Assembly (NCBI GenBank): GCA_963710595.1 | Contig: CAVQAZ010000007.1 | Location: forward strand, 36,926-100,925 | Direction of reading: 5' to 3' | Length of the DNA: 64,000 bases | DNA from: an uncultured Gammaproteobacteria bacterium | GTDB lineage: Bacteria > Pseudomonadota > Gammaproteobacteria > Steroidobacterales > Steroidobacteraceae | Shown: positions 18,908 through 27,773 of the stretch, piece by piece | How positions within the stretch are numbered: position 1 is the stretch's first letter | Layout of the letters: each line of letters begins with the position of its first letter | Notes under the pieces: model-generated | What the model was told of the DNA's origin: nothing | What the model saw: the letters and a program-made list of their open reading frames with translations, nothing else | Databases searched by the model: none | Position numbers and translations under genes: made by a program

Positions 18908-18971
18908 GGTCGTTTCCTATTTGAGATAAGGGGTAATCGTTAGAGGTAGAGGCTCGAGCCGCGAGCCGTCG

Positions 18972-19415
18972 TCATTGCACATTTCCCGTTTCGACCACCT
19001 GGGAAATGAGCTCGAGCAGACTGGCGCTCCACCGCGGGCCGCCGAACACAACCACCTTCAATTCGTTGCGCTCCTGGTCATACATCGACTCCAATCGCAC
19101 TGGCTCCTCGTCGCGTCGCTCCGCTCTCACGGCGCCCATCAGCACCGTGGTCAGCCGATCCGCGGCGCCGCGGCTGAGCGCTTCGATCCGCACCACGGTG
19201 GACACAGAGACGCGTCCGTGACTGCTGACCGCGTTCGGATCGAACTCCACCACCGGACGGCCCAGCAAAGCTTCGATATCTTCCTTCGCGATTCGGTATT
19301 GCTTGCCAATGCGCTTGGCCCGCAACCGCCCGACTCTCACGTAGTTGCGAACCGTTTTGACATGCAACTTCAAGAGATCGGCGACTTGATCAATGGAATA
19401 CAATTCCTGTGCCAT
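18972..19415 (-). CDS. Excisionase/MerR-like (HTH_17-type) DNA-binding regulator with C-terminal domain
   Basis: MAQELYSIDQVADLLKLHVKTVRNYVRVGRLRAKRIGKQYRI; alternative ATG at 19430. Confidence 0.8.
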   Translation of the reverse strand: MAQELYSIDQVADLLKLHVKTVRNYVRVGRLRAKRIGKQYRIAKEDIEALLGRPVVEFDPNAVSSHGRVSVSTVVRIEALSRGAADRLTTVLMGAVRAERRDEEPVRLESMYDQERNELKVVVFGGPRWSASLLELISQVVETGNVQ

Positions 19416-19445
19416 CGTACCAACCCTCATTGGGATGAAAACGGA

Positions 19446-19496
19446 CCTATTTATACCTATCGCTCCCTATTAGTCAATAGCACTGGGAGCGATAGG
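19446..19496 (-). promoter_or_regulatory. Sigma70-like promoter with overlapping operator repeats for the HTH-tuf unit
   Basis: Minus strand TTGACT (19477-19472), 16 nt, TATAAA (19455-19450). Perfect 12-bp inverted repeat CCTATCGCTCCC (19456-19467) / GGGAGCGATAGG (19485-19496). CCTAT at 19446, 19456 and 19466. Confidence 0.7.
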
Positions 19497-19624
19497 GAAT
19501 TTAAAGGAGTTGACGCTGGACGATTGCGGGGACGTGGCCGCTTGGAAAGAGCGTGGTCAAGAGGCGGTCCCCGCGTGCTCCAGACTGCAGGCCGCGCTGT
19601 GTGTTCAGCGGCGCCCCGCGGGGC

Positions 19625-19843
19625 TCACGGCCTTACTTTGGAGGCGGCCAGGAGTGCGAAGCGCACATTGGCCCGCATCCAGCGAATCAGAACAAGTTTG
19701 TCGATGCCGAGTCGCTCCGCGAGCTCAGCCACCGTGCATGCGCAGCCATCAGGGAGATCGCGCACAGCTGCCTCTATCGACGCTTGCGGAGGATCGGGAA
19801 CTGGCTCATTTCCAGCCAATGTATCCATGGATGCCATGTACAC
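19625..19843 (-). CDS. Small hypothetical protein with possible HTH
   Basis: Directly after the KS stop, AAGGGAG upstream of ATG 19837; TVAELAERLGIDKLVLIRW looks HTH-like. Confidence 0.4.
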   Translation of the reverse strand: MYMASMDTLAGNEPVPDPPQASIEAAVRDLPDGCACTVAELAERLGIDKLVLIRWMRANVRFALLAASKVRP

Positions 19844-19859
19844 GTACTCCCTTACGGTA

Positions 19860-21074
19860 CTAGTACTTTTGTAGACACAGCGCTGTGTTTATTCCACCAA
19901 ATCCCATGCTGAGCGTTAGTGCATTCACCATCGGATGCGCGACGGGTTGCTCTCGCACCCAGTTGAACGATGGATCAATGGGGTGATCGAGGTTGCGCGT
20001 GGCATGTAATCGGCCCGCCCGCATCTGCAGTAGCGTCGCGATCACTTCGACAGCGCCGGCAGCCGACAACCCATGCCCGATGATCGACTTGGTCGCATTC
20101 AAACGAGCCTGCGTGAGCTGTGTGGCACGCAGCGCGCTCAGCTCGGTTTCATCACCCACGACCGATCCCGTCCCGTGCGGATTGACGTAGTCGATGTCCT
20201 TCGACGCGCATCCCGCTCGCCGCAGCGCGCTGACGATCACCTTGATCTCCCCTTCCAACGAGGGATTCGGGTTGCGATTCGCATCGATGGCGACACCCCA
20301 CCCGGAGACGCGCGCGTAGGGAGTCATGCCGGAGCGCGGGCGCGCGTCGGCCCTCTCGATCACGACAGCGCCACAACACTCTCCATAAATGAAACCGTCA
20401 TGGTCCCGATCGAAAGGCCGCGAAGCGTGCTGCGGCTCACTCGCGTAGCGGTCTGAACCCATGGCGCCGAGGGAGCGAAATCCCTGGCATTCCCAATGAG
20501 ACAGATCCATCAGCGCTCCGAGAGCGATGCAGATATCGACCTGCTCGCACAACACCGCTTGCATCGCCTGGATGATGGCGAGTTGCCCGCTCGCCGAAGC
20601 TCCCCCCACGGTGTAGGCCAGCCCCTGGATGCCGAACTGCTCGGTGCACAAACCGCACAGGTCCGTGTCCATGAACGACAGGCCGTAGGTCGGACGCAGG
20701 AACTGCGTTCGTTCCGAGTACGCCTCGTATGTTTGCACCTGGCTGCGCTGCTGAAGGTTCGAACCGCCGATGATCAATCCGATCCGCGTCGGGTCCGCAT
20801 CACTCAGGCGCGCGTCACTCCATGCCTCGTGCAGCGTGACCAACCCCGCCTGCGCTGTGAGCGACGCATTTCTGAGGTGCTGCGGCGAAATGCCCGGAGG
20901 CATGCCCATTGACGGAATCTCCGCGCCGAGAAAGTTCGAAGCTTTTTGCCTTCCCGGCCGCTGCATGACACCGAATGCATTGGGCGCTTCGAACAGCGCT
21001 CGCGAGAACGCCTGCGCTCCTTGCCCGATCGCCGAGGTGACGCCGACGCCGGTAATAATCACTTCAGGCCGCAT
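19860..21074 (-). CDS. pksF: Beta-branching decarboxylating KS (Cys to Ser), PksF-like
   Basis: YTVGGASASGQ (TCG at 20595-20597), NPHGTGS, KSIIGH. Start at ATG 21074 or GTG 21086, overlapping the ACP end. Confidence 0.9.
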   Translation of the reverse strand: MRPEVIITGVGVTSAIGQGAQAFSRALFEAPNAFGVMQRPGRQKASNFLGAEIPSMGMPPGISPQHLRNASLTAQAGLVTLHEAWSDARLSDADPTRIGLIIGGSNLQQRSQVQTYEAYSERTQFLRPTYGLSFMDTDLCGLCTEQFGIQGLAYTVGGASASGQLAIIQAMQAVLCEQVDICIALGALMDLSHWECQGFRSLGAMGSDRYASEPQHASRPFDRDHDGFIYGECCGAVVIERADARPRSGMTPYARVSGWGVAIDANRNPNPSLEGEIKVIVSALRRAGCASKDIDYVNPHGTGSVVGDETELSALRATQLTQARLNATKSIIGHGLSAAGAVEVIATLLQMRAGRLHATRNLDHPIDPSFNWVREQPVAHPMVNALTLSMGFGGINTALCLQKY

Positions 21075-21312
21075 GGAACTTTTCACGCAGCAGATCCGCC
21101 AGTCCGCCGATGCTTTCCGGCCCGAACGCCTCGTGGCGGGGCATGTCGAGCGACAGCTCCCCTAGCACCAGCGTGATGATCTCGGCGCGATCGACGGAGT
21201 CGGCGCCGAGCGACTGCAGCCGGTCGCTGTCGATGAAAGCATGATATTGCAAATCCGGCACGACCTCCTGGGTGTACCGGACAATCAGCTCGAAGATGTT
21301 TTGTCTGTTCAT
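21064..21312 (-). CDS. acpK: Donor acyl carrier protein (AcpK-like), copy 2
   Basis: 82 aa from MNRQNIFELI; LGADSVDRAEI motif. Confidence 0.88.
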   Translation of the reverse strand: MNRQNIFELIVRYTQEVVPDLQYHAFIDSDRLQSLGADSVDRAEIITLVLGELSLDMPRHEAFGPESIGGLADLLREKFHAA

Positions 21313-21374
21313 GGCTGTGCTCAAGCTCCGGAAGACCACTGTTGATACTCACGCCCAGTTCGAGCCCCTCGGGA

Positions 21375-22277
21375 CTAGTTCCCGGATGTGCGCAGTTCTC
21401 GAGCCGCCGCCGGTTCCGCATCCTGCCGGATCTGCTGCACCAGACGCGTCAGCACGTTTCCCGGACCAATCTCCTTGAACTCCGTCACGCCGCGCGCGAG
21501 CAAAAAGCGAATGGTTCGTGTCCATTGCACCGGGCTCTTGATCTGATCGGCGAGCCCGGCCTTGATCGCGGACGAGTGATCGCTCGGATAGGGCGCAGCG
21601 TTCACGTTTGCAATCACCGGGACCCGCGCCGCTGAGAAAGGTATCGGCGCGATGAATTCATTGAACGTTTGCGCCACATCGCTCATGTACCGGGAGTGAA
21701 ACGCGGCGCTCACCTGCAACGGCATGTACATGCTCGCGCCGGCTTCCTCGAACAACGGAGCCGAGCGTTGGATGTCTGGCACCGGCCCGGAGATCACGAT
21801 CTGCTTGGGCGCATTGAAGTTCGCCACGTCAACGCCGCTCAGGCGATTCTCCGCGAGCACTCGCGCGACCTGGTCGGCATCCAACCCGACTACCGCCGCC
21901 ATGGCGCCGTTTCTCATTCGCGCCATGAGCTCGCCGCGTTTGATCACCAGGCGCAACCCGGTGAGAAAATCGAAGACTCCCGCCACGAGCAACGCGTTGT
22001 ATTCGCCGAGACTGTGTCCCGCGACGTAGCTGGGATGCGCGCCCTGACTCAATGCTTTGTAGTAGTACAGCGCGTTGACCACATAGAGACTGGGCTGAGT
22101 ATGTTGAGTCTGCTTCAGCTTGTTGTCCGGATCTTCCAGACAGAGTTTGCGCATCGAGTATCCCAACAGCTCATCGACGCTCTTCTCCACAGAGGTGAAC
22201 TCGCGCACCTCGTCAAACAATTGCTGACCCATGCCTCGATATTGAGAACCCTGGCCCGGGAACAAAAACGCGATCAC
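21375..22277 (-). CDS. Trans-acting malonyl-CoA:ACP acyltransferase (FabD/PksC-like)
   Basis: GTG 22277 after AAAGGAGG; FPGQGSQ, GHSLGE, AFHS (malonyl-type). Confidence 0.92.
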   Translation of the reverse strand: MIAFLFPGQGSQYRGMGQQLFDEVREFTSVEKSVDELLGYSMRKLCLEDPDNKLKQTQHTQPSLYVVNALYYYKALSQGAHPSYVAGHSLGEYNALLVAGVFDFLTGLRLVIKRGELMARMRNGAMAAVVGLDADQVARVLAENRLSGVDVANFNAPKQIVISGPVPDIQRSAPLFEEAGASMYMPLQVSAAFHSRYMSDVAQTFNEFIAPIPFSAARVPVIANVNAAPYPSDHSSAIKAGLADQIKSPVQWTRTIRFLLARGVTEFKEIGPGNVLTRLVQQIRQDAEPAAARELRTSGN

Positions 22278-22572
22278 TTCACACCTCCTTTGGTTGCGGC
22301 GCGCATGTTGCTGCATTTCCGGTCACACGTCCCGCGCCTTCCTTGTCCTGCAATGTTTGTACTCGAGTTACTCAATGTCGACCAGTGGAACTGCCTGGTC
22401 GAGCCGCAACGGCTCGCGATCGTTGTGATCACATGCCAAGCACACGGGCCGCAACGTGACTCGAATGTCCTCTTGCAAAGTTACATGGAAACAAAACCGA
22501 TCTATTGGGAATCGCCAGCCCCATCGCTCCCGGCTAAGGACATTGGCGATGCGACGAGACAATCACAGTGCA

Positions 22573-22605
22573 ACGGGCACAGCGCGACGGGCACAGCGCG
22601 ACGGG
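22573..22605. repeat. 14-bp tandem repeat (about 2.4 copies)
   Basis: ACGGGCACAGCGCG x2 plus ACGGG, in the long non-coding region upstream of the AT gene. Confidence 0.8.
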
Positions 22606-22949
22606 GTCTCCGCACCAGCCGCTCTGCGAGGTCTCGGGCAGAGCTGTAAGATTCTGCATTTCGCTCCCGAACGGCGACAGGATAAGCCGCACCTGCCCAA
22701 ATATGATTTCATTTCCATATGAATCTCATGAGCTTGATTAATTTCCAACGTGCAATGAGTCATCCGATTCCAGGCTCGACGCCGCCGCTTCGGCCGCTGC
22801 CGTTGTACGCGCATCGACGGATTCCCGAGCACTTGCGGTGGCTGCGATGCTCGTTGCTTGCTTCGCGAGCATCGTCGTTCCAGCGCCGGCTGCACTGATA
22901 GTGTGCAAGATTTTCTCGAATCTGCTCCCACAGCAGCAGATTTTGTCTG

Positions 22950-23175
22950 GCAAAAGAATTCTTTCGGCACCCTGTAAGCGGGAATGTTCAATTCGAGATA
23001 CGTCCGCAACTCAGCGACGCTATCATCGAGGTGGCGTTCCGATGCTCGAGCAGCATCCAGCGGGATTGACCCGCCCCTGTCAGCGGGCCCCACAAACGCC
23101 ATTGACACGCGATCGATCTGCCGGAACACGGTACGCAGCACTTCATGCCGGTGGACGGTACGACGGATAGTGACG
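22950..23175 (-). pseudogene. Probable collapsed NRPS relic
   Basis: One frame reads RRTVHRHEVLRTVFRQ (condensation-domain RHExLRTxF-like) and, about 35 aa later, AELRTYLELNIPAYRVP (like the end of an adenylation domain). Confidence 0.4.
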
Positions 23176-23477
23176 GGGCCGAGTCGCCGATGGCAACGCT
23201 CGGCGGGCCTGACTGATCTGGCACGCACGCCGCACCCGGCCCCGGCCGCTGCGCAGTACCTGGTCGGGGGCCAGTCCGGCGGCGATCAGCTTCGACTGAC
23301 GTTTTGGCAGCGACTAGGAAAAGCCGCCGTAATGAAGAACTCTATAAAATTCCCTCGGCTCTCGCCGAGGTGCGCGGGGCTTGCCACGTTATTGATCTCA
23401 TATGGAAGGACCAATTGGCGGATACGCTAGTCTCGCAGCGAGGTGTCTCTGCCGCTGCCACAGCGCGAGCGCATTGC

Positions 23478-25076
23478 TCAAGCGGCGCGAGCATGCAAGA
23501 GATCGGTCGAGAGGTCGGCGCTCTGGAAAACGACAGGTTCGGCCTTCGTATCCTGTGTGCGAAAGAACTCCATCCTGTGAACCAGCATCTGCGCCTGGTC
23601 TTGCATCAGTTTGCTGGCGGACGCGGCCTCTTCTACCAGGGCCGCATTCTGCTGCGTAGTGTCATCCATCTGTAAGACTGCCTTGTTGACCTGGTCGATG
23701 CCGCTGGCCTGCTCGTTGCTGGCGGTCGCGATCTGCCCGATGATGTCGCTGACCTTCTTGATGCTATTGACGATGTCATTGAGCGTCTGGCCCGATTCAT
23801 CGACCAGCTGCGAGCCGGTTTTGACTTTTTCTGCAGAATCGCCGATGAGTTCTTTGATCTGCTTCGCGGCAGCGGCGCTGCGCTGCGCGAGATTCCGCAC
23901 TTCGCTCGCCACCACAGCGAAACCGCGCCCCTGCTCTCCCGCACGGGCGGCTTCCACAGCCGCATTGAGGGCCAGCAAGTTTGTTTGAAAGGCGATCTCG
24001 TCGATCACGCCGATGATGTCCACGATTTCGCGGCTCGAGGCGTTGATCTCCCCCATCGCGACGATGGCTTTTCGCACCACCGCGCCACCTCTTTCCGCAT
24101 CGCTGCGTGCGTTGGCTGCCAAAGAATTCGCTTCGCTTGCACTGTCTGCATTGCGCTTAACCGTGACCGTCATCTGTTCCATGCTGGCGGCGGTTTCCTC
24201 CAGCGCCGCGGCCTGCTCCTGCGTGCGCGACGACAGGTCGTCGTTGCCGCTGGAGATTTGCGTCGCTGCCGTCGCCATGGAATCAATCCCTTCACGCACT
24301 TCGCCCACCAGGCCACTCAACTGGGCCGTCATGGCGCCGAGCGCACATTGCAACTCGCCGATTTCATCGGTGCGCCGGGTAATAACCGCTCTTGTGAGAT
24401 CTCCGCCAGCGACGGCGCTCGCCAGCTCCGCGCATTCCTGCACTGGACCCAGGATGCTGCGACGCGCTCGCACATAGCACACCCCCATCGCCCCGAGCAG
24501 CCCAAGGGTGACTAAGGACATGGTCCAAATACCATTCACCCGCGTGGAGGTGAAGGTCTGCAGCGATCGTTGCGCGAATTCGTTGCTGACCTTCACCGTC
24601 TCATCCACAAAGGCGCGATGAGCCAGGTAGTGCGCATTCACTGTCGCCAAGCCGGTGCGTGCACCTTCGATGTCGCCGGCTTGCAATTTCTGCAGCACCT
24701 CGGGTCGTGCGGCAGCGATAAATTTCTGGGCTGCTTCGTGCTGGCTGCCAAGTAGTTGACGCTCCAGGCCGAATGGCGGATTGGCGATCCAGTATTCGAC
24801 GCGCTGCCCATATTCAGCCTCCAGACGATCCACCTCCTTGCTTGCCTCCTCCAGTGTGAATGTCTGTTCTACGGCGCGCGATAGCGTCAGCCGCAGCTCG
24901 ATCAGATACATCGGCGGCGGGAGAATATCCGCAACCACGTCCTTTGCAATCATCGCCTCGCGGGCGCTGCGATCCAGCGAGTTGAAGCTCCACAAGGATT
25001 GCGACAGGACCGCAATTGCGGCCATCAGGCCGGCAAGCCCGACGGCGAGTAGCGACAAACGTAACGACTGAAACAT
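23478..25076 (-). CDS. Methyl-accepting chemotaxis protein
   Basis: Start reset to MFQSLRL. Two TM segments, HAMP, and signalling motif [34 protein letters not shown]. Confidence 0.93.
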   Translation of the reverse strand: MFQSLRLSLLAVGLAGLMAAIAVLSQSLWSFNSLDRSAREAMIAKDVVADILPPPMYLIELRLTLSRAVEQTFTLEEASKEVDRLEAEYGQRVEYWIANPPFGLERQLLGSQHEAAQKFIAAARPEVLQKLQAGDIEGARTGLATVNAHYLAHRAFVDETVKVSNEFAQRSLQTFTSTRVNGIWTMSLVTLGLLGAMGVCYVRARRSILGPVQECAELASAVAGGDLTRAVITRRTDEIGELQCALGAMTAQLSGLVGEVREGIDSMATAATQISSGNDDLSSRTQEQAAALEETAASMEQMTVTVKRNADSASEANSLAANARSDAERGGAVVRKAIVAMGEINASSREIVDIIGVIDEIAFQTNLLALNAAVEAARAGEQGRGFAVVASEVRNLAQRSAAAAKQIKELIGDSAEKVKTGSQLVDESGQTLNDIVNSIKKVSDIIGQIATASNEQASGIDQVNKAVLQMDDTTQQNAALVEEAASASKLMQDQAQMLVHRMEFFRTQDTKAEPVVFQSADLSTDLLHARAA

Positions 25077-25344
25077 GTTGCGACTGAAGGCTCGTTCAGA
25101 TGAATGGGTACAGGAGAAACGACACATACGGCGCTGCTGCTAATCACTGCCGGCTGGAGATCTGCGTATCTGCCCATACTGTGTCGGTGCCGCTGTCGAA
25201 AACGTTAGCGACATCGTGAGAAAATACGACATGGAGGCTTAGGTTCCGCCTTTGCCTCATGCGCTCATGAGCGTCGCTCTCGCATCATTGCGCTGATCTT
25301 CCTTACAGGTCGACGCCGATGTTACCGCCGCCGGCGTCCCCTAG

Positions 25345-27052
25345 CCTGGATAATTCACGAACGGTCGTGAATTCATAAAAGCAAAAGCCCCTGTTGTGAT
25401 AGAAATGGCTTTACCACAAGCACTTCCGTCACTCGAGAGGCCTTTGCGTGGACAAAGATATCACACGACAGTGTGTTCTGTTTCCGGAGCTGTTCGGCAA
25501 GACGCTCACGGTGAAGTTCGATCAGCGAGACGGCAGTTCGGACGGCGGCGCTATTTTGCTGAAGGCGGCGGAGCGGCGGCTGGGCTTGAGCGAGCGGCTG
25601 GCCGGGTGCATCAAGGATCGGCGCCAGCCGGGCAAGATCGAGCACACGGTTCACGAGGTATTGAATCAGCGGCTGTATGCGATCGCCTGCGGGTATCCGG
25701 ACTGCAACGATGCGGCGCGGTTGTCGAGCGATCCGGTACATCGACTTCTGTCGCGCGGGCAGACATCGGCTGAGGCGATGCTGGCGTCGCAGCCGACGTT
25801 GTCGAGATTCGAGAATGCCATGGACCGCGGCTCGCTGTATCGCATGGGAGAGGCACTGGCCCAGAGCGTGATCGAGCGACATCGAAAACGCCTGGGTCGG
25901 GGCAAGGTCAAGCATGTGCGGATCGACCTGGATCCCACCGACGATCCGACGCACGGTGCGCAGCAGCTGGCGTTCTTCAACGGGCACTACGACAGTTGGT
26001 GCTATCTGCCGATGGCTGGGTTTCTCACCTTCAACGGCGAGCCTGAGCAGTACTTGTTCTGCTACGTGCTGCGTGCGGGCAATGCGCCAGCCAAGCAAGG
26101 GGCCATCGGGATACTGGAGCGCATCATCAAGCAGGTGCGCGTGAACTTCCCCAAGGCGCGTATTGAGGTGCGCCTGGACGGTGGCTTTGCCGGCCCTGAG
26201 CTGTTGAGTTTTCTGGACGGCAACGACGTCGACTACCTGGTTGGAATGGCTGAAAACAAGGTACTGAAGCGTCGCGCGCGGCGATTGATGGGGCGCGCCA
26301 GAAGGCTGTCGAGGATCAGAAACAAGACGGCGAACGTCTTTGGCGAGACGCGCTATGCCGCCCAGAGCTGGAAGGAGCGCAAGCGGCGCGTGCTGATCAA
26401 GGCGGAGGTGGTGCGCGCGCACGGCAAGCTGCCGAAGGATAACGCCCGCTTTGTCGTCACGAATCTCAAGAAGACCCCGCGCCATCTGTACAAGCGCGTC
26501 TACTGCGGTCGCGGCGACATCGAGAATCGCATCAAGGAGCTGCACCATGGGTTGGAGATCGACCGCACCAGTTGCACGGACTTCCTGGCCAATCAGCTGC
26601 GTGTACTGATCACGGCGGCGGCGTATGTGTTGATGCAAGAGGTGAGACTGGCCGCCAAAGGAACCTCGTGCGAACGCGCGCAGGTCAGCACGTTGCGGGA
26701 CCGGCTGATCAAACTGGGCGCTTGGATCGAGACTTCCGTACGACGCATCGTCGTGCACTTGCCGAAAAGCGCACCGCATCGCTGCGAGTGGCAGCGTATC
26801 GCCCGTTCGCTGGGCGCCGTACCGGCGTAGCCGAGGGTCCTCTGGCGAATCTGTCCTGGCGCAGTGATGTGCCAAGGCCTGCGCTCGCCCGTCGATCAGC
26901 AAATTTCGACACCATGCGCTCATGATGAGCGTCACCCTTCGTTCGCCCGCCGATGCGCGCCAGAGAGCGCGTTCAGAACGCGTCGAAAGCACTCCATCGC
27001 GCACGTTCAACCAATGCATGGGCCTCGTCGCGTCGTTCATGAATAATGCGGG
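25345..27052 (+). mobile_element. Complete IS1380-family insertion sequence (1708 bp)
   Basis: Terminal inverted repeats CCTGGATAATTCACGAACG (25345-25363) and 27034-27052 (15/19 match); CTAG duplication at 25341-25344 and 27053-27056; one transposase inside. Confidence 0.88.
25448..26830 (+). CDS. IS1380-family DDE transposase
   Basis: SSDGGAILL, GYPDCNDA, LASQPTLSRFEN, IDLDPTDD, RLDGGF, RGDIENRIKE. Confidence 0.92.
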   Translation: MDKDITRQCVLFPELFGKTLTVKFDQRDGSSDGGAILLKAAERRLGLSERLAGCIKDRRQPGKIEHTVHEVLNQRLYAIACGYPDCNDAARLSSDPVHRLLSRGQTSAEAMLASQPTLSRFENAMDRGSLYRMGEALAQSVIERHRKRLGRGKVKHVRIDLDPTDDPTHGAQQLAFFNGHYDSWCYLPMAGFLTFNGEPEQYLFCYVLRAGNAPAKQGAIGILERIIKQVRVNFPKARIEVRLDGGFAGPELLSFLDGNDVDYLVGMAENKVLKRRARRLMGRARRLSRIRNKTANVFGETRYAAQSWKERKRRVLIKAEVVRAHGKLPKDNARFVVTNLKKTPRHLYKRVYCGRGDIENRIKELHHGLEIDRTSCTDFLANQLRVLITAAAYVLMQEVRLAAKGTSCERAQVSTLRDRLIKLGAWIETSVRRIVVHLPKSAPHRCEWQRIARSLGAVPA

Positions 27053-27225
27053 CTAGGCATGCCTGCGTAGCCGGCGTCATACCAACAGCAACACTCTGCC
27101 AGTGAGCGATACAGCGCCGCTGAACACGAGAGACTCGGACCATCCTGCGACAGGATGTGCGGTGGCGGTGCTGAATGTGACATGTGTGAACTCCTGATGC
27201 AGGCGCGCTTGCAAGAGGCCTGTCG

Positions 27226-27480
27226 TTGACTGCGCAACTATTTACGGAGCACAACATCCGGGTGACTTGCATTCAGCCGGGCGCGGTGGCGACGGAACTG
27301 TATGACCACATCAGCGATGCCGGCTATCGCAAGCAGATGGACGACCTCGCCTCCTCGATGGTGTTCATGCAGTCAAGCGACATTGCGGAGACCGTCTTGT
27401 TCGCCGCCAAAGCGCCGCGGCACGTCGACGTCGCCGAACTCTTCGCTATGCCGACTCAACAAGGATGGTGCCCCCCCTTG
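27226..27480 (+). pseudogene. C-terminal remnant of an SDR oxidoreductase
   Basis: HNIRVTCIQPGAVATELYDHI...DIAETVLFAAKAPRHVDVAELFAMPTQQGW matches SDR C-termini. No Rossmann GxxxGxG or YxxxK part upstream, and the frame reads on past the expected end. Confidence 0.65.
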
Positions 27481-27773
27481 CGGCGCGACCGGCCTGCCGG
27501 TCGCGCCGTTCGCCTTGATCTTCGGAGTTCGCCGAGCGCTCATCCCAAGCGAGGTGCTTTACACGCCGGTCCACGCAGCCGCGGATCGGTGTTGCCCCGT
27601 AGGCGGTAAGTACCTTTCCGCCCCGGATTCAACACTCTTGCGCAATCGCTAGTACGAAGAAAGCTGAATGCATCTGAAGGCGCTCAAGGCGCTACTGCAG
27701 CCGCCGTTATTGATAACGCAACAATGCGCATCCGCCCCCCACGCATCGCCGTACTCACCAATGGCCAGTCTCC

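Noticed and set aside
25373-27040. 555-aa minus-strand ORF over the transposase, and similar long antisense ORFs (32344..34407, 52767..54647, 58578..60875)
   Set aside because: Antisense open frames expected from GC-rich codon bias; no motifs.
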